The translations under genes and the position numbers were made by a program. This document shows, in pieces, positions 1 through 14,228 of a DNA stretch of 64,000 nt (position 1 is the stretch's first letter; every line of letters begins with the position of its first letter). The stretch comes from the human T2T-CHM13v2.0 reference genome, Homo sapiens. The DNA lies in NCBI GenBank assembly GCA_009914755.4, contig CP086569.2, positions 30,752,001 through 30,816,000 of the forward strand. Direction: 5' to 3'. The notes beneath the pieces were generated by a model. That model was not told the DNA's origin. It ran no database searches and saw only the letters and a program-made list of their open reading frames with translations.

Positions 1-45
1 GGAATCGAATGGAAAGGACTCGAATGGAAATCACTCGAATAGAAT
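1..45 (+). repeat. HOR unit, partial (3' end of upstream unit)
   Basis: Sequence upstream of first landmark 'gcaatttaataaaat' at 46; matches the tail of later units (e.g. 3524-3568). Confidence 0.8.
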
Positions 46-3000
46 GCAATTTAATAAAATAGGATCAAATGTAACAGAATGGAAAGGAAAGGAATCGAAA
101 CGGAAGGAATGGAGACAGTTGGAATGGAATGGAACAGAGAGCAATGGTATAGAATGGAATGGAATCATCTGGAATGGAATTGAATGGAATGGAATGATAT
201 GAAATGGAATGGAATGGAATGGAATGGAATGCCCTTGAATTAAATGGACTGGACTCGAACAGAGTGGAATGGAAAGTGTTGAGATAGAATGGAATGGACT
301 CCTTTGGAATGGTGTAGTATGCAATGCAATCGACTGGCAGGGAATCAAAAGGAATGTAATCGAATGGATTGGACTGGAATGCAATGGACTCGAATAGATT
401 GGAAACGGAATGCAAAGGAATGGAATGGAATAGTATGGAATGCAATGGAAGGGAATGGAGTGGAATAGACTAGAGTGGAATGGAATGGACTGGAAAGCAA
501 TGGACTGGAATGGAACTTTCTTGGATGGACTGGAATCAAACGGAATGGAATGCAATGCAATCAAATGGCATGGAATAAAATAGAATGAAAGAGAATCAAA
601 TGGAATTGAATCGAATGGAATCGAATGGATTGGAAAGGAATAGAATGGAATGGAATGGAATTGACTCAAATGGAATGGACTAGAATGGAATGGATTCGAA
701 TGGAAGGCAAAGGAATGGAATCTATTGGAATGGACTGTAATGGAATGGAATGGAAGGGATTGGAATGGACTCGAATGGAATGGACTGCAATAGAAAGGAT
801 TCGAATGGAATGAAAAAGAATTGAATGGAATAGAACAGAATGGAATCAAATCGAATGAAATGGAATGGAATAGAAAGGAATGGAATGAAATGGAATGGAA
901 AGGATTCGAATGGAATGCAATCGAATGGAATGGAATCGAACGGAATGGAATAAAATGGAAGAACACTGGCAAGAAATGGAATCGAAAGGAATGGAGTGTT
1001 ATGGAACGGACTCAAAAGGAATTGAATGTAATAGAATGGAGTGGAGTGGACTCGAATATAATGGACTGGAATGGAATGAAATCACATAGAATGGGAACGA
1101 ATGGAATGGAATGGAAAGGAATGGAATCGAATGGAAAGGAATCGAATGGAAGGGAATGAAATTGAATCAACAGGAATGGAAGGGAATAGAATAGACTGTA
1201 ATGGAATGGACTCGAATAGAATGGACACGAATGCTCAAATTAAATGGACTCGAATGGAATGGAAACGAAAGGAATGTCATCGAATGGAATTGAATCGATT
1301 GGAATGAAATCGCATAGAATGGAGTGGAATCAAATGGAATTGAATCGAAAGGAAAGGAAGCGAATGGACTGAAATGAAATGGAATGGAATTGAATGGAAA
1401 TTAATGCGATGGAATAGAATGGAACGAAATTTCACGGAATGGAATCAAACTGAATGGAATCAAATCAATGGAATCAAATCAAATGGAATGGAAAGGAATT
1501 GAATGGAGTAGATGGGATTGGATGTGATTGGAATGAAATGTACTGGAAAGGACTCGAATTTCATGAAACGGAATGGAATGAATTGGAACGGAATGGACTC
1601 GAATGGAATGGAATGTCATGGAATGGCATCAAATGGAATGGAATCGAAAGCAATGGAATGCTATGGAATGGAATGGAATGCATTGGAATGGAATGTCCTC
1701 TAATGGAATGGATTCGAGTGGAATGGAATTGAATATAATGGAGTCGAATGAAATGGAATTGAAAGGAATGGGATCGAATACAATGGAATATACTGGAATG
1801 TAACGTAATGAACTCGAATGTAATTGACTGGAATGGAATGTACATGAATGGAATGTAATCGAATGGAAAGTAATCCAATGGAATAGAATCTAATGCAATA
1901 AAATCGACTCAGATAGAGTAGAATGTAAAGGAATGGAGTGCAGTGCAATGGAATGGAATGGAATGGAATGCAATGGAATGGAATGGAATGGAATGGAATG
2001 TGATGGAATGGTATGGAATGGATAGTAGTGGACTGGAGTGAAATGGGCTGGAAAGGAATGGACTCAAATTGAAAGGGCTCGAAAGGAATGGAGACAAATG
2101 GAATGGTCTGGAATGGAATGAACACGAATGTAATGCAATCCAATAGAATGGAGTCGAATGGCATGGAATATAAAGAAATGGAATCGAAGAGAATGGAAAC
2201 AAATGGAATGGAATTGAATGGAATGGAATTGAATGGAATGGGAACGAATGGAGTGAAATTGTATGCAGTAGAAGAGAATAGAATGGAATGCAAGGAAAGG
2301 AAAGGAATGGATTGGAATGGAATGGAATTCATTGGAATGGAAGGGAATGTAGTGTAATGGACAGGCCTGGAATAAAGTGGAATGCTACGGTCTCGAATGG
2401 AATAAAAATGTATGGAATGGAATGCAATGAAACGGAATCGAATGTCATAGAATGTAACGGAATGCAAAAAAATGGAATCCAAAATCATTGACTGGAAAGG
2501 CTGGGTGTCGAAAGGAATTGACTCCAATGGAATGGAATCGAATGGAATGGAAGTGAATAGAATCGAACTAAATCGAATGGAATGGAATTGATAGGAACGG
2601 AATGGAAAGGAATGCAATGATTTGGCATGGAATGGAATCGAATGGCATCGAATGGAATGGAATGGAATGCAATGGAATGGAATGTATTAGAATATAATGA
2701 ACTTTAATGGAATGTACTCGAATGGATTCGACTGGAATGGAATGTTCTGGAAGTGAATGGACTCCAATGGAATGGATTCAAAAGGAATGGAATCGTACGG
2801 AATGGAATCTAATGGAATGGAATTAAATGGAAATGAATCAAATTGAATAGCACGGAATTGAATTGAATGGAATGGAATGCAATGGAATCTAATGAAACGG
2901 AAAGGAAAGGAATGGAATGGAATGGAATGGGCTGGAATGGAAAGGAATCGAAACGAATGGAATGGAATCGAACTGAAGAGACTGGAATGGAATGCACTGG

Positions 3001-3568
3001 AATGGAAGGGAGTGTAATGGAAGGTTCTCGAAAAAAATGGAATCGAATGGAATGGAATTGAATGGAACGGAATAGAGTCGAATGGAATTGAATGGAATGG
3101 AATGGACTAGAGTGAAATGGAATCGAACCACAAGGAATGGACAGGAAAAGAATGGTCTCGAATTGAATGGAATCGTATGGAATGGCATCAAACGGAATGG
3201 AATGGACAGCCACGGAATGGAATGCACTCGAATGCAATGGAGTCGAAACTAATGGACTGGAATAGAATGGACTCGACTGGTACGGACTCCAATGGAATGG
3301 AATCGAATGGAAGGGAATCGAACGGAATGGACTCGAAGGGAAAAGACTGCAATGGAAAGGTCTCGAATGGAATGGAAATTAATGGAATGGAATGGAATCG
3401 AATGAAATGGAGTCAAAAGGAATGGAATCGAATGGCAAGAAATCGAATGTAATGGAATCGCAAGGAATTGATGTGAACGGAACGGAATGGAATGGAATCC
3501 AAAGGAATGGAATAGAATGGAATGGAATCGAATGGAAAGGACTCGAATGGAAATCACTCGAATAGAAT
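46..3568 (+). repeat. HOR unit U1 (3523 bp)
   Basis: Landmark at 46, next at 3569. HaeIII site at 2364. Near-identical to U2: the 313-aa pseudo-ORFs 31..972 and 3554..4495 differ at a handful of residues. Confidence 0.85.
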
Positions 3569-6500
3569 GCAATTTAATAAAATAGGATCAAATGTAATGG
3601 AATGGAATGGAAAGGAATCGAAACGAAAGGAATGGAGACAGATGGAATGGAATGGAACAGAGAGCAATGGTATAGAATGGAATGGAATCATCTGGAATGG
3701 AATTGAATGGAATGGAATAATATGAAATGGAATGGAATGGAATGGAATGGAATGCCCTTGAATTAAATGGACTGGACTCGAGCAGAGTGGAATGGAAAGT
3801 GTTGAGATAGAATGGAATGGACTCCTTTGGAATGGTGTAGTATGCAATGCAATCGACTGGCAGGGAATCAAAAGGAATGTAATCGAATGGATTGGACTGG
3901 AATGCAATGGACTCGAATAGATTGGAAACGGAATGCAAAGGAATGGAATGGAATAGTATGGAATGGAATGGAAAGGAATGGAGTGGAATAGACTAGAGTG
4001 GAATGGAATGGACTGGAAAGCAATGGACTGGAATGGAACATTCTTGAATGGACTGGAATCAAACGGAATGGAATGCAATGCAATCAAATGGCATGGAATA
4101 AAATAGAATGAAAGAGAATCAAATGGAATTGAATCGAATGGAATCGAATGGATTGGAAAGGAATAGAATGGAATGGAATGGAATTGACTCAAATGGAATG
4201 GACTAGAATGGAATGGATTCGAATGGAAGGCAAAGGAATGGAATCTATTGGAATGGACTGTAATGGAATGGAATGGAAACGATTGGAATGGACTCGAATG
4301 GAATGGACTGCAATAGAAAGGATTCGAATGGAATGAAAAAGAATTGAATGGAATAGAACAGAATGGAATCAAATCGAATGAAATGGAATGGAATAGAAAG
4401 GAATGGAATGAAATGGAATGGAAAGGATTCGAATGGAATGTAATCGAATGGAATGGAATCGAACGGAATGGAATAAAATGGAAGAAAACTGGCAAGAAAT
4501 GGAATCGAAATGAATGGAGTGTTATGGAACGGACTCAAAAGGAATTGAATGTAATAGAATGGAGTGGAGTGGACTCGAATATAATGGACTGGAATGGAAT
4601 GAAATCACATGGAATGGGAACGAATGGAATGGAATGGAAAGGAATGGAATCGAATGGAAAGGAATCGAATGGAAGGGAATGAAACTGAATCAACAGGAAT
4701 GGAAGGGAATAGAATAGACGGTAATGGAATGGACTCGAATAGAATGGACACGAATGCTCAAATTGAATGGACTCGAATGGAATGGAAAGGAAAGGAATGT
4801 CATCGAATGGAATTGAATCGATTGGAATGAAATCGCATAGAATGGAGTGGAATCAAATGGAATTGAATCGAAAGGAAAGGAAGCGAATGGACTGAAATGA
4901 AATGGAATGGAATTGAATGGAAAGTAATGCAATGGAATAGACTGGAACGAAATTTCACGGAATGGAATCAAACTGAATGGAATCAAATCAATGGAATCAA
5001 ATCAAATGGAATGGAAAGGAATTGAATGGAGTAGATGGGATTGGATGGGATTGGAATGAAATGTACTGGAAAGGACTCGAATTTCATGAAACGGAATGGA
5101 ATGAATTGGAACGGAATGGACTCGAATGGAATGGAATGTCATGGAATGGCATCAAATGGAATGGCATCAAATGGAATGGAATCGAATGCAATGGAATGCT
5201 ATGGAATGGAATGGAATGCATTGGAATGGAATGTCCTCTAATGGAATGGATTCGAGTGGAATGGAATCGAATATAATGGAGTCGAATGAAATGGAATTGA
5301 AAGGAATGGGATCGAATACAATGGAATATACTGGAATGTAACGTAATGAACTCGAATGTAATTGACTGGAATGGAATGTACATGAATGGAATGTAATCGA
5401 ATGGAAAGTAATCCAATGGAATAGAATCTAATGCAATAAAATCGACTCAGATAGAGTAGAATGTAATGGAATGGAGTGCAGTGCAATGGAATGGAATGGA
5501 ATGGAATGCAATGGAATGGAATGGGATGGAATGGTATGGAATGGATAGTAATGGACTGGAGTGAAATGGACTGGAAAGGAATGGACTCAAATTGAAAGGG
5601 CTCGAAAGGAATGGAGACAAATGGAATGGTCTGGAATGGAATGAACACGAATGTAATGCAACCCAATAGAATGGAATCGAATGGCATGGAATATAAAGAA
5701 ATGGAATCGAAGAGAATGGAAACAAATGGAATGGAATTGAATGGAATGGAATTGAATGGAATGGGAACGAATGGAGTGAAATTGTATGCAGTAGAAGAGA
5801 ATAGAATGGAATGCAAGCGAAAGGAAAGGAATGGATTGGAATGGAATGGAATTCATTGGAATGGAAGGGAATGTAGTGTAATGGACAGGCCTGGAATAAA
5901 GTGGAATGCTACGGTCTCGAATGGAATAAAAATGTATGGAATGGAATGCAATGAAACGGAATCGAATGTCATAGAATGTAATGGAATGCAAAAAAATGGA
6001 ATCCAAAATCATTGACTGGAAAGGCTGGGTGTCGAAAGGAATTGACTCCAATGGAATGGAATCGAATGGAATGGAAGTGAATAGAATCGAACTAAATCGA
6101 ATGGAATGGAATTGATAGGAACGGAATGGAAAGGAATGCAATCATTTGGCATGGAATGGAATCGAATGGCATCGAATGGAATGGAATGGAATGCAATGGA
6201 ATGGAATGTATTAGAATGTAATGAACTTTAATGGAATGTACTCGAATGGATTCGACTGGAATGGAATGTTCTGGAAGTAAATGGACTCCAATGGAATGGA
6301 TTCAAAAGGAATGGAATAGTACGGAATGGAATCTAATGGAATGGAATTAAATGGAAATGAATCAAATTGAATAGCACGGAATTGAATTGAATGGAATGGA
6401 ATGCAATGGAATCTAATGAAACGGAAAGGAAAGAATGGAATGGAATGGAATGGGCTGGAATGGAAAGGAATCGAAACGAATGGAATGGAATCGAACTGAA

Positions 6501-7091
6501 GAGACTGGAATGGAATGCACTAGAATGGAAGGGAGTGTAATGGAAGGTTTTCGAAAAAAATGGAATCGAATGGAATGCAATTGAATGGAACGGAATAGAG
6601 TCGAATGCAATTGAATGGAATGGAATGGACTAGAGTGAAATGGAAACGAACCACAAGGAATGGACAGGAATAGAATGGTCTCGAATTGAATGGAATCGTA
6701 TGGAATGGCATCAAACGGAATGGAATGGACAGCCACGGAATGGAATGCACTCGAATGCAATGGAGTCGAAACTAATGGACTGGAATAGAATGGACTCGAC
6801 TGGTACGGACTCCAATGGAATGGAATCGAGTGGAAGGGAATCGAACGGAATGGACTCGAAGGGAAAAGACTGCAATGGAAAGGTCTCGAATGGAATGGAA
6901 ATTAATGGAATGGAATGGAATCGAATGAAATGGAGGCAAAAGGAATGGAATCGAATGGCAAGAAATCGAATGTAATGGAATCGCAAGGAATTGATGTGAA
7001 CGGAACGGAATGGAATGGAATCCAAAGGAATGGAATAGAATGGAATGGAATCGAATGCAAAGGACTCGAATGGAAATCACTCGAATAGAAT
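3569..7091 (+). repeat. HOR unit U2 (3523 bp)
   Basis: Landmark at 3569; GGCC at 5888; primer-like sites at 5752-5774 and 5883-5905 (154 bp apart). Confidence 0.85.
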
Positions 7092-10000
7092 GCAATTTAA
7101 TAAAATAGGATCAAATGTAATGGAATGGAATGGAAAGGAATCGAAACGAAAGGAATGGAGACAGATGGAATGGAATGGAACAGAGAGCAATGGTATAGAA
7201 TGGAATGGAATCATCTAGAATGTAATTGAATGGAATGGAATAATATGAAATGGAATGGAATGGAATGGAATGCCCTTGAATTAAATGGACTGGAATGGAA
7301 TGGACTCGAACAGAGTGGAATGGAAAGTGTTGAAATAGAATGGAATGGACTCCTCTGGAATGGTGTAGTATGCAATGCAATCGACTGGCAGGGAATCAAA
7401 AGGAATGTAATCGAATGGATTGGACTGGAATGCAATGGACTCGAATAGATTGGAAACGGAATGCAAAGGAATGGAATGGAATAGTATGGAATGGAATGGA
7501 AAGGAATGGAGTGGAATAGACTAGAGTGGAATGGAATGGACTCGAAAGCAATGGACTGGAATGGAACTTTCTTGAATGGACAGGAACCAAACGGAATGGA
7601 ATGCAATGCAATCAAATGGCATGGAATAAGATAGAATGAAAGAGAATCAAATGGAATTGAATCGAATGGAATCGAATGGATTGGAAAGGAATAGAATGGA
7701 ATGGAATGGAATTGACTCAAATGGAATGGACTAGAATGGAATGGATTCGAATGGAAGGCAAAGGAATGGAATCTATTGGAATGGACTGTAATGGAATGCA
7801 ATGGAAGGGATTGGAATGGACTCGAATGGAATGGACTGCAATAGAAAGGATTCGAATGGAATGAAAAAGAATTGAATGGAATAGAACAGAATGGAATCAA
7901 ATCGAATGAAATGGAATGGAATAGAAAGGAATGGAATGAAATGGAATGGAAAGGATTCGAATGGAATGCAATCGAATGGAATGGAATCGAACGGAATGGA
8001 ATAAAATGGAAGAAAACTGGCAAGAAATGGAATCGAAATGAATGGAGTGTTATGGAACGGACTCAAAAGGAATTGAATGTAATAGAATGGAGTGGAGTGG
8101 ACTCGAATATAATGGACTGGAATGGAATGAAATCACATGGAATGGGAACGAATGGAATGGAATGGAAAGGAATGGAATCGAATGGAAAGGAATCGAATGG
8201 AAGGGAATGAAATTGAATCAACAGGAATGGAAGGGAATAGAATAGACGGTAATGGAATGGACTCGAATAGAATGGACACGAATGCTCAAATTGAATGGAC
8301 TCGAATGGAATGGAAACGAAAGGAATGTCATCGAATGGAATTGAATCGATTGGAATGAAATCGCATAGAATGGAGTGGAATCAAATGGAATTGAATCGAA
8401 AGGAAAGGAAGCGAATGGACTGAAATGAAATGGAATGGAATTGAATGGAAAGTAATGCAATGGAATAGAATGGAACGAAATTTCACGGAATGGAATCAAA
8501 CTGAATGGAATCAAATCAATGGAATCAAATCAAATGGAATGGAAAGGAATTGAATGGAGTAGATTGGATTGGATGGGATTGGAATGAAATGTACTGGAAA
8601 GGACTCGAATTTCATGAAACGGAATGGAATGAATTGGAACGGAATGGACTCGAATGGAATGGAATGTCATGTAATGGCATCAAATGGAATGGCATCAAAT
8701 GGAATGGAATCGAATGCAATGGAATGCTATGGGATGGAATGGAATGCATTGGAATGGAATGTCCTCTAATGGAATGGATTCGAGTGGAATGGAATCGAAT
8801 ATAATGGAGTCGAAAGAAAAGGAATTGAAAGGAATGGGATCGAATACAATGGAATATACTGGAATGTAATGTAATGAACTCGAATGTAATTGACTGGAAT
8901 GGAATGTACATGAATGGAATGTAATCGAATGGAAAGTAATCCAATGGAATAGAATCTAATGCAATAAAATCGACTCAGATAGAGTAGAATGTAATGGAAT
9001 GGAGTGCAGTGCAATGGAATGGAATGGAATGGAATGCAATGGAATGGAATGGAATGGAATGGAATGGAATGGAATGGAATGGAATGGGATGGAATGGTAT
9101 GGAATGGATAGTAATGGACTGGAATGAAATGGACTGGAAAAGAATGGACTCAAATTGAAAGGGCTCGAAAGCAATGGAGTCAAATGGAGTGGTCTGGAAT
9201 GGAATGAACACGAATGTAATGCAATCCAATAGAATGGAATCGAATGGCATGGAATATAAAGAAATGGAATCCAAGAGAATGGAAACAAATGGAATGGAAT
9301 TGAATGGAATGGAATTGAATGGAATGGGAACGAATGGAGTGAAATTGTATGCAGTAGAAGAGAATAGAATGGAATGCAAGCGAAAGGAAAGGAATGGATT
9401 GCAATGGAATGGAATTCATTGAAATGGAAGGAAATGTAGTGTAATGGACAGGCCTGGAATAAAGTGGAATGCTACGGTCTCGAATGGAATAAAAATGTAT
9501 GGAATGGAATGCAATGAAACGGAATCGAATGTCATAGAATGTAATGGAATGCAAAAAAATGGAATCCAAAATCATTGACTGGAAAGGCTGGGTGTCGAAA
9601 GGAATTGACTCCAATGGAATGGAATCGAATGGAATGGAATCGAATGGAATGGAAGTGAATAGAATCGAACTAAATCGAATGGAATGGAATTGATAGGAAC
9701 GGAATGGAAAGGAATGCAATGATTTGGCATGGAATGGAATCGAATGGCATCGAATGGAATGGAATGGAATGCAATGGAATGGAATGTATTACAATGTAAT
9801 GAACATTAATGGAATGTACTCGAATGGATTCGACTGGAATGGAATGTTCTGGAAGTGAATGGACTCCAATGGAATGGATTCGAAAGGAATGGAATCGAAC
9901 GGAATGGAATCTAATGGAATGGAATTAAATGGAAATGAATCGAATTGAATAGCACGGAATTGAATTGAATGGAATGGAATGCAATGGAATCTAATGAAAC

Positions 10001-10670
10001 GGAAAGGAAAGGAATGGAATGGAATGGAATGGGCTGGAATGGAAAGGAATCGAAACGAATGGAATGGAATCGAACTGAAGAGACTGGAATGGAATGCACT
10101 GGAATGGAAGGGAGTGTAATGGAAGGTTCTCGAAAATAATGGAAGCAAATGGAATGGAATTGAATGGAACGGAATAGAGTCGAATGGAATTGAATGGAAT
10201 GGAATGGACTAGAGTGAAATGGAATCGAACCACAAGGAATGGACAGGAATAGAATGGTCTCGAATTGAATGGAATCGTATGGAATGGCATCAAACGGAAT
10301 GGAATGGACAGCCACGGAATGGAATGCACTCGAATGCAATGGAGTCGAAACTTATGGACTGGAATAGAATGGACTCGACTGGTACGGACTCCAATGGAAT
10401 GGAATCGAATGGAAGGGATTCGAACGGAATGGACTCGAAGGGAAAAGACTGCAATGGAAAGGTCTCGAATGGAATGGAAATTAATGGAATGGAATGGAAT
10501 CGAATGAAATGGAGTCAAAAGGAATGGAATCGAATGGCAAGAAATCGAATGTAATGGAATCGCAAGGAATTGATGTGAACGGAACGGAATGGAATGGAAT
10601 CCAAAGGAATGGAATAGAATGGAATGGAATCGAATGGAAAGGACTCGAATGGAAATCACTCGAATAGAAT
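7092..10670 (+). repeat. HOR unit U3 (3579 bp)
   Basis: Landmark at 7092; GGCC at 9451. Carries private variants 'ggaaccaaacgg' (~7581) and 'ggaataagatag' (~7625), also seen in the terminal partial unit. Confidence 0.85.
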
Positions 10671-13600
10671 GCAATTTAATAAAATAGGATCAAATGTAAT
10701 TGAATGGAATGGAAAGGAATCGAAACGAAAGGAATGGAGACAGATGGAATGGAATGGAACAGAGAGCAATGGTATAGAATGGAATGGAATCATCTGGAAT
10801 GGAATTGAATGGAATGGAATAATATGAAATGGAATGGAATGGAATGGAATGGAATGCCCTTGAATTAAATGGACTGGAATGGAATGGACTCGAACAGAGT
10901 GGAATGGAAAGTGTTGAGATAGAATGGAATGGACTCTTTTTGAATGGTCTAGTATGCAATGCAATCGACTGGCAGGGAATCAAAAGGAATGTAATCGAAT
11001 GGATTAGAATGGAATGCAATGGACTCGAATAGATTGGAAACGGAATGCAAAGGAATGGAATGGAATAGTATGGAATGGAATGGAAAGGAATGGAGTGGAA
11101 TAGACTAGAGTGGAATGGAATGGACTGGAAAGCAATGGACTGGAATGGAACTTTCTTGAATGGACTGGAATCAAACGGAATGGAATGCAATGCAATCAAA
11201 TGGCATGGAATAAAATAGAATGAAAGAGAATCAAATGGAATTGAATCGAATGGAATCGAATGGATTGGAAAGGAATAGAATGGAATGGAATGGAATTGAC
11301 TCAAATGGAATGGACTAGAATGGAATGGATTCGAATGGAAGGCAAAGGAATGGAATCTATTGGAATGGACTGTAATGGAATGGAATGGAAGGGATTGGAA
11401 TGGACTCGAATGGAATGGACTGCAATAGAAAGGATTCGAATGGAATGAAAAAGAATTGAATGGAATAGAACAGAATGGAATCAAATCGAATGAAATGGAA
11501 TGGAATAGAAAGGAATGGAATGAAATGGAATGGAAAGGATTCGAATGGAATGCAATCGAATGGAATGGAATCGAACGGAATGGAATAAAATGGAAGAAAA
11601 CTGGCAAGAAATGGAATCGAAATGAATGGAGTGTTATGGAACGGAGTCAAAAGGAATTGAATGTAATAGAATGGAGTGGAGTGGACTCGAATATAATGGA
11701 CTGGAATGGAATGAAATCACATGGAATGGGAACGAATGGAATGGAATGGAAAGGAATGGAATCGAATGGAAAGGAATCGAATGGAAGGGAATGAAATTGA
11801 ATCAACAGGAATGGAAGGGAATAGAATAGACGGTAATGGAATGGACTCGAATAGAATGGACACGAATGCTCAAATTGAATGGACTCGAATGGAATGGAAA
11901 CGAAAGGAATGTCATCGAATGGAATTGAATCGATTGGAATGAAATCGCATAGAATGGAGTGGAATCAAATGGAATTGAATCGAAAGGAAAGGAAGCGAAT
12001 GGACTGAAATGAAATGGAATGGAATTGAATGGAAAGTAATGCAATGGAATAGAATGGAACGAAATTTCACGGAATGGAATCAAACTGAATGGAATCAAAT
12101 CAATGGAATCAAATCAAATGGAATGGAAAGGAATTGAATGGAGTAGATGGGATTGGATGGGATTGGAATGAAATGTACTGGAAAGGACTCGAATTTCATG
12201 AAACGGAATGGAATGAATTGGAACGGAATGGACTCGAATGGAATGGAATGTCATGGGATGGCATCAAATGGAATGGCATCAAATGGAATGGAATCGAATG
12301 CAATGGAATGCTATGGAATGGAATGGAATGCATTGGAATGGAATGTCCTCTAATGGAATGGATTCGAGTGGAATGGAATTGAATATAATGGAGTCGAATG
12401 AAATGGAATTGAAAGGAATGGGATCGAATACAATGGAATATACTGGAATGTAACGTAATGAACTCGAATGTAATTGACTGGAATGGAATGTACATGAATG
12501 GAATGTAATCGAATGGAAAGTAATCCAATGGAATAGAATCTAATGCAATAAAATCGACTCAGATAGAGTAGAATGTAATGGAATGGATTGCAGTGCAATG
12601 CAATGGAATGGAATGGAATGCAATGGAATGGAATGGAATGGAATGGAATGGAATGGAATGGGATGGAATGGTATGGAATGGATAGTAATGGACTGGAGTG
12701 AAATGGACTGGAAAGGAATGGACTCAAATTGAAAGGGCTCGAAAGGAATGGAGTCAAATGGAATGGTCTGGAATGGAATGAACACGAATGTAATGCAATC
12801 CAATAGAATGGAATCGAATGGCATGGATTATAAAGAAATGGAATCGAAGAGAATGGAAACAAATGGAATGGAATTGAATGGAATGGAATTGAATGGAATG
12901 GGAACGAATGGAGTGAAATTGTATGCAGTAGAAGAGAATAGAATGGAATGCAAGCGAAAGGAAAGGAATGGATTGGAATGGAATGGAATTCATTGGAATG
13001 GAAGGGAATGTAGTGTAATGGACAGGTCTGGAATAAAGTGGAATGCTACGGTCTCAATGGAATAAAAATGTATGGAATGGAATGCAATGAAACGGAATCG
13101 AATGTCATAGAATGTAATGGAATGCAAAAAAATGGAATCCAAAATCATTGACTGGAAAGGCTGGGTGTCGAAAGGAATTGACTCCAATGGAATGGAATCG
13201 AATGGAATGGAAGTGAATAGAATCGAACTAAATCGAATGGAATGGAATTGATAGGAACGGAATGGAAAGGAATGCAATGATTTGGCATGGAATGGAATCG
13301 AATGGCATCGAATGGAATGGAATGGAATGCAATGGAATGGAATGTATTAGAATAAAATGAACTTTAATGGAATGTACTCGAATGGATTCGACTGGAATGG
13401 AATGTTCTGGAAGTGAATGGACTCCAATGGAATGGATTCAAAAGGAATGGAATCGTACGGAATGGAATCTAATGGAATGGAATTAAATGGAAATGAATCA
13501 AATTGAATAGCACGGAATTGAATTGAATGGAATGGAATGCAATGGAATCTAATGAAACGGAAAGGAAAGGAATGGAATGGAATGGAATGGACTGGAATGG

Positions 13601-14228
13601 AAAGGAATCGAAACGAATGGATTGGAATCGAACTGAAGAGACTGGAATAGAATGCACTGGAATGGATGGGAGTGTAATGGAAGGTTCTCGAAAAAAATGG
13701 AATCGAATGGAATGGAATTGAATGGAACGGAATAGAGTCGAATGGAATTGAATGGAATGGAATGGACTAGAGTGAAATGGAATCGAACCACAAGGAATGG
13801 ACAGGAATAGAATGGTCTCGAATTGAATGGAATCGTATGGAATGGCATCAAACGGAATGGAATGGACAGCCACGGAATGGAATGCACTCGAATGCAATGG
13901 AGTCGAAACTAATGGACTGGAATAGAATGGACTCGACTGGTACGGACTCCAATGGAATGGAATCGAATGGAAGGGAATCGAACGGAATGGACTCGAAGGG
14001 AAAAGACTGCAATGGAAAGGTCTCGAATGGAATGGAAATTAATGGAATGGAATGGAATCGAATGAAATGGAGTCAAAAGTAATGGAATCGAATGGCAAGA
14101 AATCGAATGTAATGGAATCGCAAGGAATTGATGTGAACGGAACGGAATGGAATGGAATCCAAAGGAATGGAATAGAATGGAATGGAATCGAATGGAAAGG
14201 ACTCGAATGGAAATCACTCGAATAGAAT
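10671..14228 (+). repeat. HOR unit U4 (3558 bp); HaeIII site mutated (ggtc at 13025)
   Basis: Landmark at 10671. The unit-specific 'ggacaggcctgg' reads 'ggacaggtctgg' here. Confidence 0.85.

Noticed and set aside
385-412. 'tagattggaaacggaatgcaaagg', superficially similar to the CENP-B box core (TTCGTTGGAAACGGGA) of alpha satellite
   Set aside because: The essential TTCG and CGGG positions are not conserved (taga...cggaa). This is HSat3, not alpha satellite, and no 171-bp periodicity exists.
31-972. Long ORFs throughout the track (up to 318 aa, e.g. 31..972, 3554..4495, 28119..29072, 40539..41495 on the - strand; 112-134 aa on the + strand), recurring every ~3.56 kb
   Set aside because: They are pentapeptide-periodic low-complexity translations of the repeat. 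(GGAAT)n has no stop codon in any frame: the + strand gives GMEWN cyclically and the - strand gives IPFHS. Stops arise only at diverged pentamers. There is no start-codon context, no codon-usage signal and no conservation beyond the repeat itself, and the same pseudo-ORF is regenerated in each unit. They are not coding sequences.
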